This document shows, piece by piece, positions 1 to 12,139 of a stretch of DNA of 64,000 nucleotides. Origin of the DNA: Camelus dromedarius (taxonomy: Eukaryota); NCBI RefSeq assembly GCF_036321535.1, contig NC_087436.1, positions 117,740,001-117,804,000 of the forward strand. The letters run 5' to 3'. The position numbers were made by a program, and so were the translations under genes. The notes beneath the pieces were generated by a model. It was not told the DNA's origin, did not search any database, and worked only from the letters and a program-made list of their open reading frames with translations. Positions within the stretch are counted from its first letter, which is position 1, and every line of letters starts with the position of its first letter.

Positions 1-695
1 ACTGGAGAGAGGTGAGCCCAGGCTGTTGGGGGTGGGAATTGGTTGGGAAGGAGGTATGGAGACCAGCTGTTCCAATGGTCCATGGACTAGTTAATTGACT
101 GAACAATGGTGTGATAATACTACAGATAATTTAATGATGGACAAGAAAGTGTGATAACACATGAAGTTACTCATGGTGAGTTGTTCTATGGCAAAAACAG
201 GTCCCCCAAACAGCATGCAAGAAGATAAGCAGTTCCTGAAAGTTAAAAAAAAAAAAACTATATGCATTTTTAAAAAAGCCAACAAGGTTATTCTCCAATG
301 GTTAACAATAGTTCCTGCTAGGTAGGAGGATTTGGGGTTGATTTTTGTTTCTTCTTTTTGCTTGCTGTTTTCTAAAGGGTTAATAATAATAATAATAGCT
401 GAGCTCTCCGGCAGGCTCACAGAGGTCTGTACTTGGTTCCATCTTTTCATGCATCCATTTTTTCATGCATCAACTCTTTCAATCCTCCCAATACCCCATG
501 AGGGAGAGCCTTTAATTTTCCTCTTATTGTATTTGAGGAAATGGGGTGTGGGGAGGGGGAGCAGACAGTATGGGCCTTGGTCAAAGGAAAGGAAGCAGTG
601 GAGAGAGGGGGCTGATGTGGTGAGGGAGCAGAAGTCCCAGCTGGAGTGGCCTCCCAGAGCCAGAGAGGAGAGGAGATGAAGAGGTGGGAGGAATG

Positions 696-1180
696 GGAAG
701 AACAAATCTGACTCTGTATTGGGTCTGTTTCTTTTACTCTACCCTTTGTCTTCCATTGCTTTTGCTACAAGTTAATCACTAAGTGATGTTGCCCATAAGC
801 TTAAATGATACATAATTGCCCATCTCTGGGAACCCTGCCTCCCAGCTTTAAGCTTTGAACATTAAGCTAAAATACCTTTGCGTAGCTCACAGGAAACACC
901 CTGACCAGGCCACCTGTGACTGACTGCCGGAAGGAAGAAATTAACACATCCCCTCTGGAGGCTGACAGGACCCAGGAAATGTTTGACTTTACTCGCTCCC
1001 CTTTTAGGATAAAGAAGCCTGAATTCTAACTCAGGATAGATGGTTCTTTGGGACACTAGTCCACCATCTTCTTGTTTTGCTGGTTTTCTGAATAAAGTCA
1101 CTATTCCTTGCCCCAACAGCTTGTTTCTCAGTTTACTGGCCTGTTGTGAAGTGAGCAGTGTGAGCTTGGACTCGGTAACA
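696..1180 (+). mobile_element. ERV1-class solo LTR (MER4/LTR39-like group, subfamily uncertain)
   Basis: Ends CTCGGTAACA; AATAAA at 1091-1096; AATG on both flanks (692-695, 1181-1184) as 4-bp TSD; no internal ERV sequence. Confidence 0.8.
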
Positions 1181-1234
1181 AATGGCCCTTTCTCAGTAAT
1201 CGTGGTGCATGTCAGTACGGGTCCCGACAGCTTC

Positions 1235-1395
1235 TAAAGCACATCGTGTGCCTCCTTCCCTACTATGCGCGTGTCAGGTACGGCGGTTATTCTCTTATGG
1301 AAGAGGAAACAGAGGCTCAGCGGGCTTAGCAAATTGCTCAAGATAACAAAGTGTGTGAGTCAGGATTTGAACCTGGAGCTCTCTGCCTGGCTCAA
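1235..1395 (-). mobile_element. MIR SINE
   Basis: gaggaaacagaggctcag...ttgctcaagataaca...caggatttgaacc, reverse MIR core. Confidence 0.75.
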
Positions 1396-2264
1396 AATTT
1401 CTTTCTAATCTCCCTACCACACCCTGCCAAAAAAGGTGCTAGTTTCAGTAAATACTGGAAATCTGGCTATTTGGCCCTCTTGGCTCCCTGAAGCCATCAG
1501 ATTCTGTAACTGCAGCTAGAATCATTTAAGAAGAGACCTTTGATGCCCTGCTTTTTGGCTAGAGTCTTAGTCTTGAGCTGCTCACCTGACCTGTCTGCAT
1601 TTCTTAGACCAACAAGACCCTGATTTCACTGGCTTCTGTTTATGGGCCAGATTCCTTCCTCAAGCTGGATCATTCATCCAGCTTCCTTAGCCACCTTCTT
1701 AACCAAAATTGAAACTGCCGTTGACCTCCTGGGGTAAGGGCTCTACCCAACCCGACCTGGTCCCTGGGCTCCCTCCTCGGCCTAAGCCCCTCCCCCTGCA
1801 GGTAACCCTACCCGGCCATCTCCCCATCCTCCACCCTCCCCTCCTTTGCCAACCACGTCCTGCACCTGCCAAGGCCACCCCTCCAGGGGAAAAGCCCCAG
1901 AGAACACTCTGTCCCCCATGTCAGACGCTTCCCTAATTCCCCTGATCTTTCGCTGTTTCAGTTTATCGCAAATGATTTTCCAAGCCGGTGGATTTAATTA
2001 CATTACACTTAGGGAAATTGGTGCCATTTCTTAATTACTTTTATAGTTGAAAAGCAATTACTTAGCAATCACAGGAAGGTCTTCTTGTGTTTCCTGGAGC
2101 TTGGCAGCCTTAAAAAATGTCTGTGGGGAACCAGACCAGCTTTAAGAGATTGGGTTCACTCCTTTTAGGAACTGGGGTAATTGGTTCTGGAGACAAGGCT
2201 AAGTTTTGTGGTACAGAATTGGATGAAATAAAGATTTAAAAGGAAAATTCATGATCCACCTCGT

Positions 2265-3460
2265 TGTTTAAACCAAAACCTAACAGTTACCCTTAACCAC
2301 TCCCTCTTCCTCAGTTCTCTGCACCTGGTCATTCATTGTGTCCTATATATTCATCTCCTGATACCTCTTAAACCTGCCATGACTCAGCTTCCCCTGCCTA
2401 GTTCAGGGCATCGTCATCACTCACCTGAGTGACAGCAGTAGCCTCTTAACTGATCTCTCTGTGTCCCCCTGACCCCCGTAGTGGGTTGAATGTTGGCCTC
2501 CAAAAGATATGTCTCCCCAGGACCTGTGAAGGTGGCCTCACTTGTAACAAGGGCCTTTGCAGATGAATTAAGCAAAGGGTCTTGAGATGAGATCCTCCTA
2601 GGGGACCGAGGTGGGCTCCAAAGCCAATGACAAGTATCCGTAGAAAAGAAGAGAAAAGATACATAGAGAGGCCATGTGAAGATGGTGGCTGAGGTTGGAG
2701 AGACGTGTCTATAAGCCACGGGGCACCAGGGATTGCGGGAAACCACCAGAAGCTAGGAGAGGGGCCTGGAAGGGATCACCCCGGGAGCCTTCAAAGGGAA
2801 CAAACCCTGCTGACATCTTGACTTTGGACTTCTGGCCTCCAGAACTGAGGAGGATGAATTTCTGTTGTTTTAAGCACCCCTCACCCAGTTTTGTGGTAGT
2901 CTCTTATGGCAGCCTTGGAAGGCTAATAGATTCTCCTTCAGCCAATTCTCAACACATGTCGCTTTTGTGCTCAAAACCCAATGGCTCCCCTGTCACATAG
3001 ATAAAATCCAGGCTCCCAACCATGGCCTCCGGGGGTGGGTTTAGATCCTGGCTCCCTCTCTTTCCCACCTCCCACCACTCTGCTCTGGCTGTTTGGCTTT
3101 GTCTGGTCCTCATCAAACACACCAAACCCATTCTTGCCTCAGGGCCTTTGCACATGCTCTTCCAACTGCATGGGATGGTCATTCCCAGAGACCTGCATTG
3201 CTCTCAGCAATGGTGGCCTCTGCTCCGGGTCATGGCTCCAGAGGCGCTTTCCCCGCCACCCGACATGGACATGCCCCACCCATCCCTCCTGACCCTGCTC
3301 CACTCCCCATTACAGCCCTCACCCCATCACCCTTGCTTCATGCTGTCTTTGCTCACTTGTGCACTGTTCATCCTTCTCCACCAGAATGACAGCCTCCCAG
3401 AGGGCGGTATTGCATCCCCAGCACCTAGAACAGATGCTCACAAAGTTTTGATGAAAGAAA
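2265..3460 (+). mobile_element. L2 LINE 3' fragment interrupted by an MLT1 LTR
   Basis: ctcaaaacccaatggctccc, cctcagggcctttgcacatgct, ccccagcacctagaacag. Confidence 0.75.
2477..2930 (+). mobile_element. MLT1C-like MaLR solo LTR
   Basis: gtgggttgaatgttggcctccaaaagatatg...ggacttctggcctccagaactg...ggctaataga. Confidence 0.85.
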
Positions 3461-3619
3461 AAAATTGCTGTTGGGTGAGGAGGACATGGAGGCTCCCGGC
3501 TTGGCGTCCTCTGAGGGGGTGTTGGCTGATGCATGGACCTGTGTGCCCCCAGTCACATCCTCTTCTCTGTGTGCCTTGCACAGATGGGCTGAGCTGGACG
3601 CAATTGGCTGGATGTGGAT

Positions 3620-3800
3620 TAGAAGAGCACGCTCCAACCCAGGAGCCTGCCAGATGTGGGTATGAATTCTGCCAGCTCCACTCACCTAACTTGGGTCAAT
3701 TATTTCCTCTCTCCAAATCTCAAGGTCCTTCTCTGTAGAAGGAGGCTCACAATACTTTACTGGGTTGTGGACAAGATGTGGTAACGGGAACAAACTGGCT
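3620..3800 (+). mobile_element. Degenerate MIR
   Basis: aacttgggtcaattatttcctctctcc...ctgtagaagg. Confidence 0.5.
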
Positions 3801-4099
3801 GAAACTTCACATGCCTGACAAACCTCCACTTCCTGGCCGTTCCTCACTGCCCCGCATCATTTTAGCTTTGTTACTTCTTAAACACTGAGAAAAGTCAGGG
3901 GAAATGAGTGCTATGAAAGGACATTAAAGGAAAACAGTGCACCTGTGACTTCATCACCCTGTAACATCTATTTCCCTTTCCTCATCTTTCTTAAAACTTA
4001 TGTTTAAAGCACTTGTAAGCATGTTATATGTGCCAGTTTTATATTATTTTTAGAAAGCTTTTAATTAAAATATACATTGTATATACATTTTTAGTTTTA

Positions 4100-4232
4100 T
4101 TTATTTATTTTTTGGTGGGGGAGGTAATTAGGTTTGTTTGTTTGCTTATTTATCTGATGGTAGTATTGGGGATTGAACCCAGGACCTTGTGCATGCTAAG
4201 CAGGTACTCTACCACTGAGCTATACCCTCCCC
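4100..4232 (-). mobile_element. Vic-1-type camelid tRNA-derived SINE
   Basis: Minus strand reads GGGGAGGGTATAGCTCAGTGGTAGAG (A box)...GGGTTCAATCCCC (B box)...AAACCTAATTACCTCCCCC plus A-rich tail. Confidence 0.85.
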
Positions 4233-4261
4233 TGCATATTTTAATTTCATTTTTGTGGTGT

Positions 4262-4597
4262 ACAACAGAATACTACTAAGCCACGAAAAAGAATAAAATA
4301 ATGCCATTTGCAGCAACATGGATGGACCTAGAGATCATCATTCTAAGTGAAGTAAATCAGACAGAGAAAAATACCATATGCTATTGCTCATATGTGGAAT
4401 CTAAAAAAAAGAAAAAAAGAGGACACTAGTGAACTCATCTGCAAAACAGAAACAGACTAGTAGACATAGTAAACAATTTTATGGTTTCCAGGGGAAAGGG
4501 GGTGGGAAGGGATAAATTTGGGAGTTTGAGATTTGCAAATGTTAACCATTATATTTAAAGATAGATAAAAAACCAAATTTCTTCTGTATAGCACAGG
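4262..4597 (+). mobile_element. Artiodactyl/camelid-type L1, ORF2 end and 3'UTR, lacking tail
   Basis: aataatgccatttgcagcaacatggatggacctagag...ctgtatagcacagg. Confidence 0.85.
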
Positions 4598-4865
4598 CAA
4601 GCAGAAGTGATATGTGCAACTTCCAGGGCATACCCTTAAATGCAGGAGCATACCTTCCTTGATCCCCTTTTATTTAACTGGCTGGAGTGTGGATGAGAGG
4701 GCAGGATCTGGAGGTGTCATCTTGGGCCATGAGGTAGAAGTTTGCTATTAAGGCAGAGGAAGAAGAGAGGAGGAGTTTACATGCCTGATAAGAGAGAAAT
4801 GGGTCTCTGTCTTGTTAAGCTACTATTATTCAGGGTCTCTGTTACACTTACCAGATCTGAATGGC
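4598..4865 (+). mobile_element. MLT1J/K-like LTR, 3' half
   Basis: agcagaagtgatatgtgcaacttccagg...catcttgggccatgagg...cttgttaagctact. Confidence 0.65.
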
Positions 4866-4949
4866 TGCTTATCCTGGTTTGTGTCCTTTACTAAAACAAG
4901 GCTGCAGGGAGACGGCCAAGCTGTTCATCTTTCCAGAGGATATTAAGAA

Positions 4950-5200
4950 CCCACTTTGGGCCAAGTGCTGGGTGCTGGGTTACAGTGTGGCCGGGGCAGA
5001 GAGAGGTACCTCGCCCAGGGACCCTCGCACACATGGGGCCTGCAGGAGGCGCTGAGCTGGATGAAACAGAAGGCCTTCCTGAGAAGGTGACATTTAAGTG
5101 GAGCCCTGCTCAGAGGAGCGGGTGTCCGGGCCAAGGCACGTGGGGAGCGGAGCTTCAGGCAGAGGGAACAACAGAGAGCACTATATTTGCGGCTCGGCAA
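4950..5200 (-). mobile_element. L2 fragment
   Basis: aggccttcctgagaaggtgacatttaag...caggcagagggaacaac. Confidence 0.65.
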
Positions 5201-6376
5201 GAAGTTCAGGGTGGAAGTGAGACTTTTCCCTGAGAGAACACAGCCTGCTCCAGCTCTCCTGCTGGATTGTGGCCGTTGGGGAAATATTAAGTTATTGGCT
5301 GTTGAACGTTTAGAAAGATTCTTTCTTGATTCAGAGATTTTCCCCTAAATGAAACGCCAACCTGCATCTGGAACTTTCTTCCCAGCTTCAACGTGGGGAC
5401 GTTCTCCAGTGATGGGTCGCTCTTGGTCCTTCCAAGTTAATTGCCTTCAGGGAACGAATTGTATCTCTGTTCTCGCCAGTCACGACTCTCCCTCGGGAGG
5501 AAGCAAATGGTCCAAATCACATGCTGATGAGGTGGGTTTGGAAGCTCACCAAGGGAGAAGCGGTCCCCCGCCAGACAGAATAGACTTTTCTTCCACACGC
5601 ATGCACCGAGAGCAAGAGCTGAAACCACACGTCTCAGGTCCAGCTTCAAGGAGCCAACTTAGGGAATTCAGAAGGTTTTTCTCTTTATTTCTCTTTCCCT
5701 TCTAGGGGAGAGCCAGTCCTGTTGGGGTGTTCCTTCCTTACTATGTCTGCTTCCCCATGGGCGCCATGACCTTCAAGGGGACGCTGAGTTTCGTGTGGAG
5801 ACACGTTTGGGGAGGGCACCGGGATTCATTCCACCCACATCGAGCCTAGTGGGCGCGCAGAGAGCTGTGTGCTCAAAGCGGCTGCTGTGACGCCTGCCCT
5901 CGGTTGGTGGTGGATTCTGCAAATGGAAAATGACAGTAGAGGGTGACAGGTGCTGTGTGAGGGGCTGTGGGGACCCAGGGGCAGGACGGGAATCAGGGAG
6001 CGCTCTGGGAGCCGTGGAGAAGGGACTGTGGACTTGGGTCCTGAGAGTTGAGGGAGTCGGCCAGACTAGCTGAGGGGTGGGCTCCGGGGAGGGGGAAAAG
6101 CTTGGGGGGTGGCGGGCTGGGGGCCAGCCAGGCTGTCACAGTTCCAGTTCAGGGAGCTGCAAAGCCCCAGGGTAGCCAAGGCACAGAGAAGGGGACCTGG
6201 GTGGCCAGGGGTGAAATCCGAGGGGCCGGCAGGGTGTCCCTGGGTGGGGCAGGGCCCCATGTGCTGGCCAAGAGGACAGGCAAAGCTGTGGAAGACACGG
6301 CACCACCATCCAGTTCAGATGCTTGGGTCCACTTAGGTGAACAGAGACAGGTGATTAGTGCTGAGGTTTTAAGAGG

Positions 6377-6826
6377 TGTCTTCATTTCCCGGGGCTGCAA
6401 AATAAAATACCACTAACTGGGTGGTTTAAAACAGCAGACCAGACCTTTCTTCTCTACAGTTCTGGAGGCTGGAAGTTCTGTATCTATGTATCACAGGGCC
6501 ACCCTCCGTCTGAAAGCTCAGAGGAGGATCTCTCTGCCTCTCCCAGGTCCCGGCAGCTGCTGGCAGCCCTTGGTTCCTGGCTTGTGTTAGCATCAGCCTA
6601 GTTTCTGCCTCCTTCTTCATATGACCTTCCCTCTCCTCTCTGTGTGCAAATTTTTGTCTTCATCTAGGCATACCAGTCATCGGATTTGGGTCCACTCGAC
6701 CCATCACGCTCTTGCTTTACCTGGAAGACCCTATTTCCAAGTAATAATAAGTAATGTTGAGTTCATAGCTACTGGGGGTTGAGACTTGAACCTGTCTTTT
6801 GCGGGGACACAATTTCACCCACAACA
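6377..6826 (-). mobile_element. MLT1C-like solo LTR
   Basis: ggggctgcaaaataaaataccac...cagttctggaggctggaag...ggggacacaatttcacccacaaca. Confidence 0.8.
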
Positions 6827-9047
6827 GGAAGCTAACCAAGCATGCCCCTCTACTCCCCACCTGGGCTCTGAGTCACCAAAGTCAGGTGGACAGAGTCAAA
6901 ATTCCAGCTAAACATGTCTTCCTCATGCTGCCCCAGTGGGCTTCCTCTGGTTGCCTCCAGAATCAGGCAGATTCACCCACCCGGTCCAAGGCTCCCCGGT
7001 AGAGCAGGGGACATGGAGAGGGCCACACAGGTCACTCTGGTGACACATGGAACGTGAAATCAGGGAGGAAGTTTGCTCGACAACACAGGTCCTGGGGGAC
7101 AGACAGCAGAGGAGGGATGGGATATCCGCGGAGGGTCCAAGAAGAGGGACAATGCAAGCGGGACAGACTGAAGGGAACCTGAGGGCAGGGCGCAGAGGCG
7201 AAGTTAGAAGGGAGTGGGCAGGGGGCCGTCAGCGGGTGGGAGCAGCCCCCGTGCATTTTCCCTGTGTTCCCACTCCTGGGACAGAGTCCTAAATCATCCA
7301 AACACTTGGGCTGGATTAAAGGAGGCAGCCAGCCATTTTGATCAGCAGCCCATCCAAAATAAAACAGAGCAGTCCTTCGCACTCTGGGGAGACAGCGAGG
7401 CCCTGACCACTTTTCCAAAGCAGCGAGGCTCACTTTTTCATGGTTTCTGGTCAGTGTTTCTGGCCCCTGGGCTCAGCGTCCCAGAAGGAGGCCGACTTAC
7501 TGAAGTAGCCTCCGTGGCAATGTTTGGCTGTTTGCATTTCTTGACAAAGGAAATTTGTTGGGCTTAAGCTGCCAAGGGCTTGCATCTGGATCCTATGATG
7601 TTTGGCTTCAGGAAGGCTGTGCGCAGAACCAGCTCCGGGGCCTCCACCGGCCTCCATGTAATTAACTTAAGTGCTCCGAAGATGAAAGCTGATTTTCCTG
7701 ATCCCGGATTATGGCATCGGCCACGAAGGTAGGCAGAGCAGACTGTGAGGGTTATCTCCCACTCTTGAAGTTTCCAAAGAGACCAGCGGTGGACAGTGGA
7801 AGTCAGGAAGTTTGGGCATGTTGGAATTTATTAAATTTGCAGTAAAAAAAAAAAGCGCACACACACACATATACAAAACCCCAAGTTCTGGACGCCAGCA
7901 CAAGGAGGTTAAGTGGAAACATAACTTTCCATAATGAAGTGGTTAATCATATTTCGCTTTAGAAACACTAATATCATAAATTGGCCTCATACTTTCGTGC
8001 TTCCAGCTCTAACAATAGAGCAGAGACATTAATTTCCTGGTTTGGTGTAGCTTCTGGAGCTTTCTGCCTGGGCCACCGCCTCCGCCTCCCTCCTTTACCC
8101 CCTCAGTCGGAGTGGGGAAGACAGCTTTGATCCTGGGTGCCCTGGGGGCCTGGGGAGGGGGAGGGGATTCCTACAGGTGATTTTTAGGCCTGAATTCCAT
8201 TGTGACAGCCATGATTTATTTTAACTACTAACCCAGGAAAGCAGGCGCCACCAGGATGAATACCTCCACTAGCCTCTAGCAGACTAATTTTACTGTTTAT
8301 GAATCACTAATATGCTTAAGGGAGAAAAAAAAAAAGGGAGTACCATTTTAGATAAGGAAAAATCAGTCTTCCAGCAAAGACCCTGTGGTGCCGAAACAGT
8401 CCCACATGGGAAAGATGATTCTGAATTACAAGATAGAGAACACATGGGGTCCAGATAGCTGCCCCCCACCTCCGCGGCGGGCAGAGGCTACTGGCCGATG
8501 AAACACTTTCATCTCTCCCAGGGAGATAAACTGGCTGGTCTGGATGGGCCCCTTTATTTACAAAAGAAAATTAAATCCGTTTTAACACTTGCACCGTTCA
8601 TAGGAAACACATGTCGGCTGGTAATTGTTTTGAACTGGATTTCGATCGGGCCGCCCCGCATTGGGTAGCTCTGGCGAATTCGCACTGACTTGGGATGGCC
8701 GTGGAATTTACACAGAATTTCTTCCCAATTCCAGAGGCTCCGAGAGGGGACATTCCTTGGCCGAGCTGGCGGGGGAGTGTGGTTCGGTTTCCTGCCTCCT
8801 GGAGGAAAGCACTTTCCCAGTCCTGCCAGAGGGCTGCCCCCAGCGCCCCTCGCCCCCAGGTCTTATCAGAGATTGGAAAGGATCAAAGGGACTCCAGGCC
8901 CTAATTGAGCCCAACGGGCTCCCTCCTGCCTTGGATTTTTGGCAGAAAGAGAAATAAAAGGTTGGGTGATTTTCCCAAGATCTAATCGAGTCTGTCAGCT
9001 GCCAGGAGGTGTCACTCAGAATCCGGGTGTCATCCAGCTCTGAGTCT

Positions 9048-9397
9048 GGGACTGCTCTTTTCAGAATGTCAATATGCGGTCGACCCTCCGGGGCCCTTGT
9101 GGAAAATGCAGATTCTGATTATGTAGGCCCAGGCTGGGGCCTGAGAGTCTGCATTTCCAGCACTCCCCAGGAATGTCTGCACAGCTGGTCCCCGGGCCAT
9201 GCTTTGGGTGGCAGAGCGAGCCTCCTTCTCTCCCAGGCATCAGCATCCCCGGAAGGTTTTTTTTTGTTAAGACGCAGATTGCTGGCCCCATCATCAGGGT
9301 TCCTGATTCGGCAGGTCAGGGGTGAGACCTCAGAATCTGTTTCTGATAAGGTGAGGCTGATGCTGCTCGTTTCAGAACCACACTTTGAAAACCACTG
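9048..9397. mobile_element. Two adjacent MER5-type hAT-Charlie MITEs (~9048-9215, ~9235-9397)
   Basis: aaaatgcagattctgatt...gggcctgagagtctgcatttc; gcagattgctggccc...accacactttgaaaaccactg. Confidence 0.75.
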
Positions 9398-9614
9398 TCC
9401 AAAATAATTGCCCAGAATGATCTTCCCAAGGTCATGCGGTCCAGTGCTTCCTCCTGTATCCACAGCCAAGGGCAGGACCACTAGAAGAAGGGAGCCCGTC
9501 CTCCTAAGGGGATCCCTCACCGTCCAGGCACTAGCAATGAGTCTGCTTGAGGACAGAGTACAGGGTGTGGTTCAAAGCACCTAGGCTGCTGTTTCTCTGC
9601 TGGGCAATAAACCA

Positions 9615-9865
9615 CTCCCTTGCTCTGGAATCCCCTGCTTCGCCTCCTTCCTTGAATTCCTCAGGTTCAAAGCTCAATGTAGGCATCACCTCCTCCAGGC
9701 AGCCCTCCTTTCTTTACGGCCTAAATTTGCTCTCTGAGTACCTCCTGCATCTCTATCATCACTTATTCCATTTCTGCAGTGGGGAGATCAGTCCCCTGGG
9801 AAACATCAGAGAGCAGGACAGAGGAAGCAGGAAGCAGATATTTCATAGATGAATGAGTGAATAAA
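9615..9865 (+). mobile_element. L2 3' end
   Basis: catcacctcctccaggcagccctcc...gatgaatgagtgaat. Confidence 0.6.
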
Positions 9866-9884
9866 TTTCTTCCCAGGAGCATCC

Positions 9885-10050
9885 TTACCTGCTGTGTGTC
9901 CTTGGGCAGATTACTTAACCTCTCTGAGGTTTGGTTTCCCCATCTGTAAAATAATATGTCTATCCCATAGGGTCACCACTAATAGAGGTAATATTTGTAA
10001 AAGGCAAATGGCAGAGATGAGTGGTAAATCTTCGCTTTTGTTGTTGTTGT
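9885..10050 (+). mobile_element. MIR
   Basis: ccttgggcagattacttaacctctctgaggtttggtttccccatctgtaaaat. Confidence 0.8.
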
Positions 10051-10084
10051 TTTTATTATTCATCCTTATTTGTGCCTTTGGGGG

Positions 10085-10264
10085 CGAGTCAGTATTTTTA
10101 TCCTTAATGCCACTCTTTTGACTCAGGTTTTGCCTTTCAGGAAGGCCCCTGTTGACATGCAAGTGTATTTTGGGACAGTTAATGTCTTAAACCGTTGTTA
10201 AGAGACTTGATGACTCAGAATTATTCAGCACTTCACGGTTGACCTTTCCCCACAAGTTGAGTCA
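10085..10264. promoter_or_regulatory. Candidate AP-1 enhancer
   Basis: TGACTCA 10119 and 10211, TGAGTCA 10258. Confidence 0.45.
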
Positions 10265-10744
10265 TTTAGTTCTCGCAAAACTCCAGGGCAGGAAGCAATC
10301 TCAAGTAGAGGCTTGGAGAGGTTGAGACACTTGCCAACGTTCCCACAGGGTTTTTTTTTTCACCTCATCACCTCCCAGGGCAGCTGTGGGGAGCACCTAC
10401 CAGGAGATCGTGTCTGTTTCCTCCAGGATCACATCTCAAGGGTGTCAGGACACATTCTCCTTTCAAGCTCAGAACACAGCCCCTGCAGCAAATCGCTCTC
10501 CATCCTTCCAACACATTTTCTGGGGAATGTTTATCCTGGATGTGCTTTTTGGGGTCACATATGCTTAGGGGTACCATGTGTGCTCTTCCACACCTGCACT
10601 GCCAGAAGGCTTGTCAATGCCCCCCAATGTCCCTGGTTGGAGAAACCTGCCTCACTTTATCATCAGACCTCGTCTGGTGGCCTTCTTTTTCCCCTGCACT
10701 GCTGGGCATCGCTGGAGCCTGGCCCCGCCCCCTTCGTCTGATCC

Positions 10745-11120
10745 AGTAGCCAGCTCCATCTTCATTCAGCCTTCACAGCTGCTGTTCTCCACCTGGATCT
10801 CCCCACCTCCCCAGTTTCTCCCTTCCTTCAAGTCTCTGCTCAAACATCCTCTGACCAGAAGGCCTTCCCTGATCACCCGATATGAAACAGTGAGCCCCAC
10901 CGCTGTCTCCATCACCCCCACTGCTGTCTTTCTCTTCACAGAACTCACGACCGTCCAGCTGACACTGGACTTTTTTTTTTTGGTTGTCTGTCTCTGCCCA
11001 GTAGAATTCAAGCTTCATGAGGGCAGGAACATTTCTATTTTGTTCTCCACTGTTTCCCCAGTGGCTAGAACAGCACCCGGCCTCTTGCAGGCATTCATAA
11101 ATGTGTGTCAGGGGAATGAA
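10745..11120 (+). mobile_element. L2 3' end
   Basis: cttcaagtctctgctcaaac...aagcttcatgagggcaggaac...ctagaacagcacccgg. Confidence 0.8.
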
Positions 11121-11299
11121 GCATCTTCCCAATCCGCACCCCTGCCATGGGCAACTGGCACCCAGGTCCTGAGAGCCAGCTCCTTCCAGACCCAGGGCTG
11201 GCTCCTGGCATCAGGGATGTGTCAGGTATGAGCCCCACCCCAGAGGCAGCCCTGTAAAGGCAGAACTGCACGTCAGGGTGACAAGTGACAGCTGCTGTG

Positions 11300-11830
11300 T
11301 TTGAGAGGCAAGTGGAAACCCAGGAGCTCTGAAGTCCAGTGGACCTGAGTTCAAATCCTGCGTCCAGCACTCATCAGCATTGCAGCCTGGTTGAGTTACT
11401 TAAATGTCCTGAGCCTCAGGACCTCATCGTTAAACAGCGATGACAATGGCCACCTTGCTCGTGTGCTGTGGGGGCAGCCAGCAGGGATGTAAAGTGCCTG
11501 GTGTGTGGGCGAGGGTGCCCGGGGCTACAGAGCGGCACAAAGCGGGCTAGATTCTCATTTTGTTGTGGTTAGAAGGTGGCCAGGAGAGGCTTCTGACAGG
11601 AGGTTGGCCTTGGACTTGAGCTTAAGGGATCCCTAAGTAGATGGGGCAGAAGACAGTACCCTAGCCAGAGCCCAAGTGCAGGCACTGGGGCCAGAGTGTC
11701 TGGGTTCAAATCCTGGCCCTGTCACTCACCAGCCGTGTGACCTTGCTGCACCTCAGTGTCCTGCTTTGTGAAGTGGGGGTTCACTCTAGTGAGCACTCAA
11801 TACATGTTAGAGGTCTTCATTGTTATCATG
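11300..11830 (+). mobile_element. Two MIR copies (~11300-11570, ~11660-11830)
   Basis: cctgagttcaaatcctg and ctgggttcaaatcctggccctgtcactcaccagccgtgtgacctt. Confidence 0.7.
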
Positions 11831-12139
11831 GTGGGTGAACCAGTGCGGGCAGATTCCTGGAACTTCAGGAAGGCAGCCGTGGTAGCTCATGCTGGGTTTA
11901 GGGGCAGCACAGGACAGGTGTCCTGCCAGACCACAGAGTGACCCTCCCTCCTAGAAAGGCAAGGAAGGCCCTCTCTATTCCCGCCGGGAACCCTACTCAC
12001 ACACCAGGAGTGTCCTGCGCTTGGTCACCCGGGAGGACACTTGGCTTCCAATGACCCTCCCTTGTGGCTCTTGAACTGTCAGGAAAACCACAGCATCCTG
12101 GCTCAGAAAGGGGCTTTGAGCCTGTAGAATCAGAAGGAA

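Noticed and set aside
4160..4232. tRNA gene-like sequence (also ~29575-29647)
   Set aside because: Followed by the SINE body and A-rich tail, with a TSD at the second copy; these are SINE heads.
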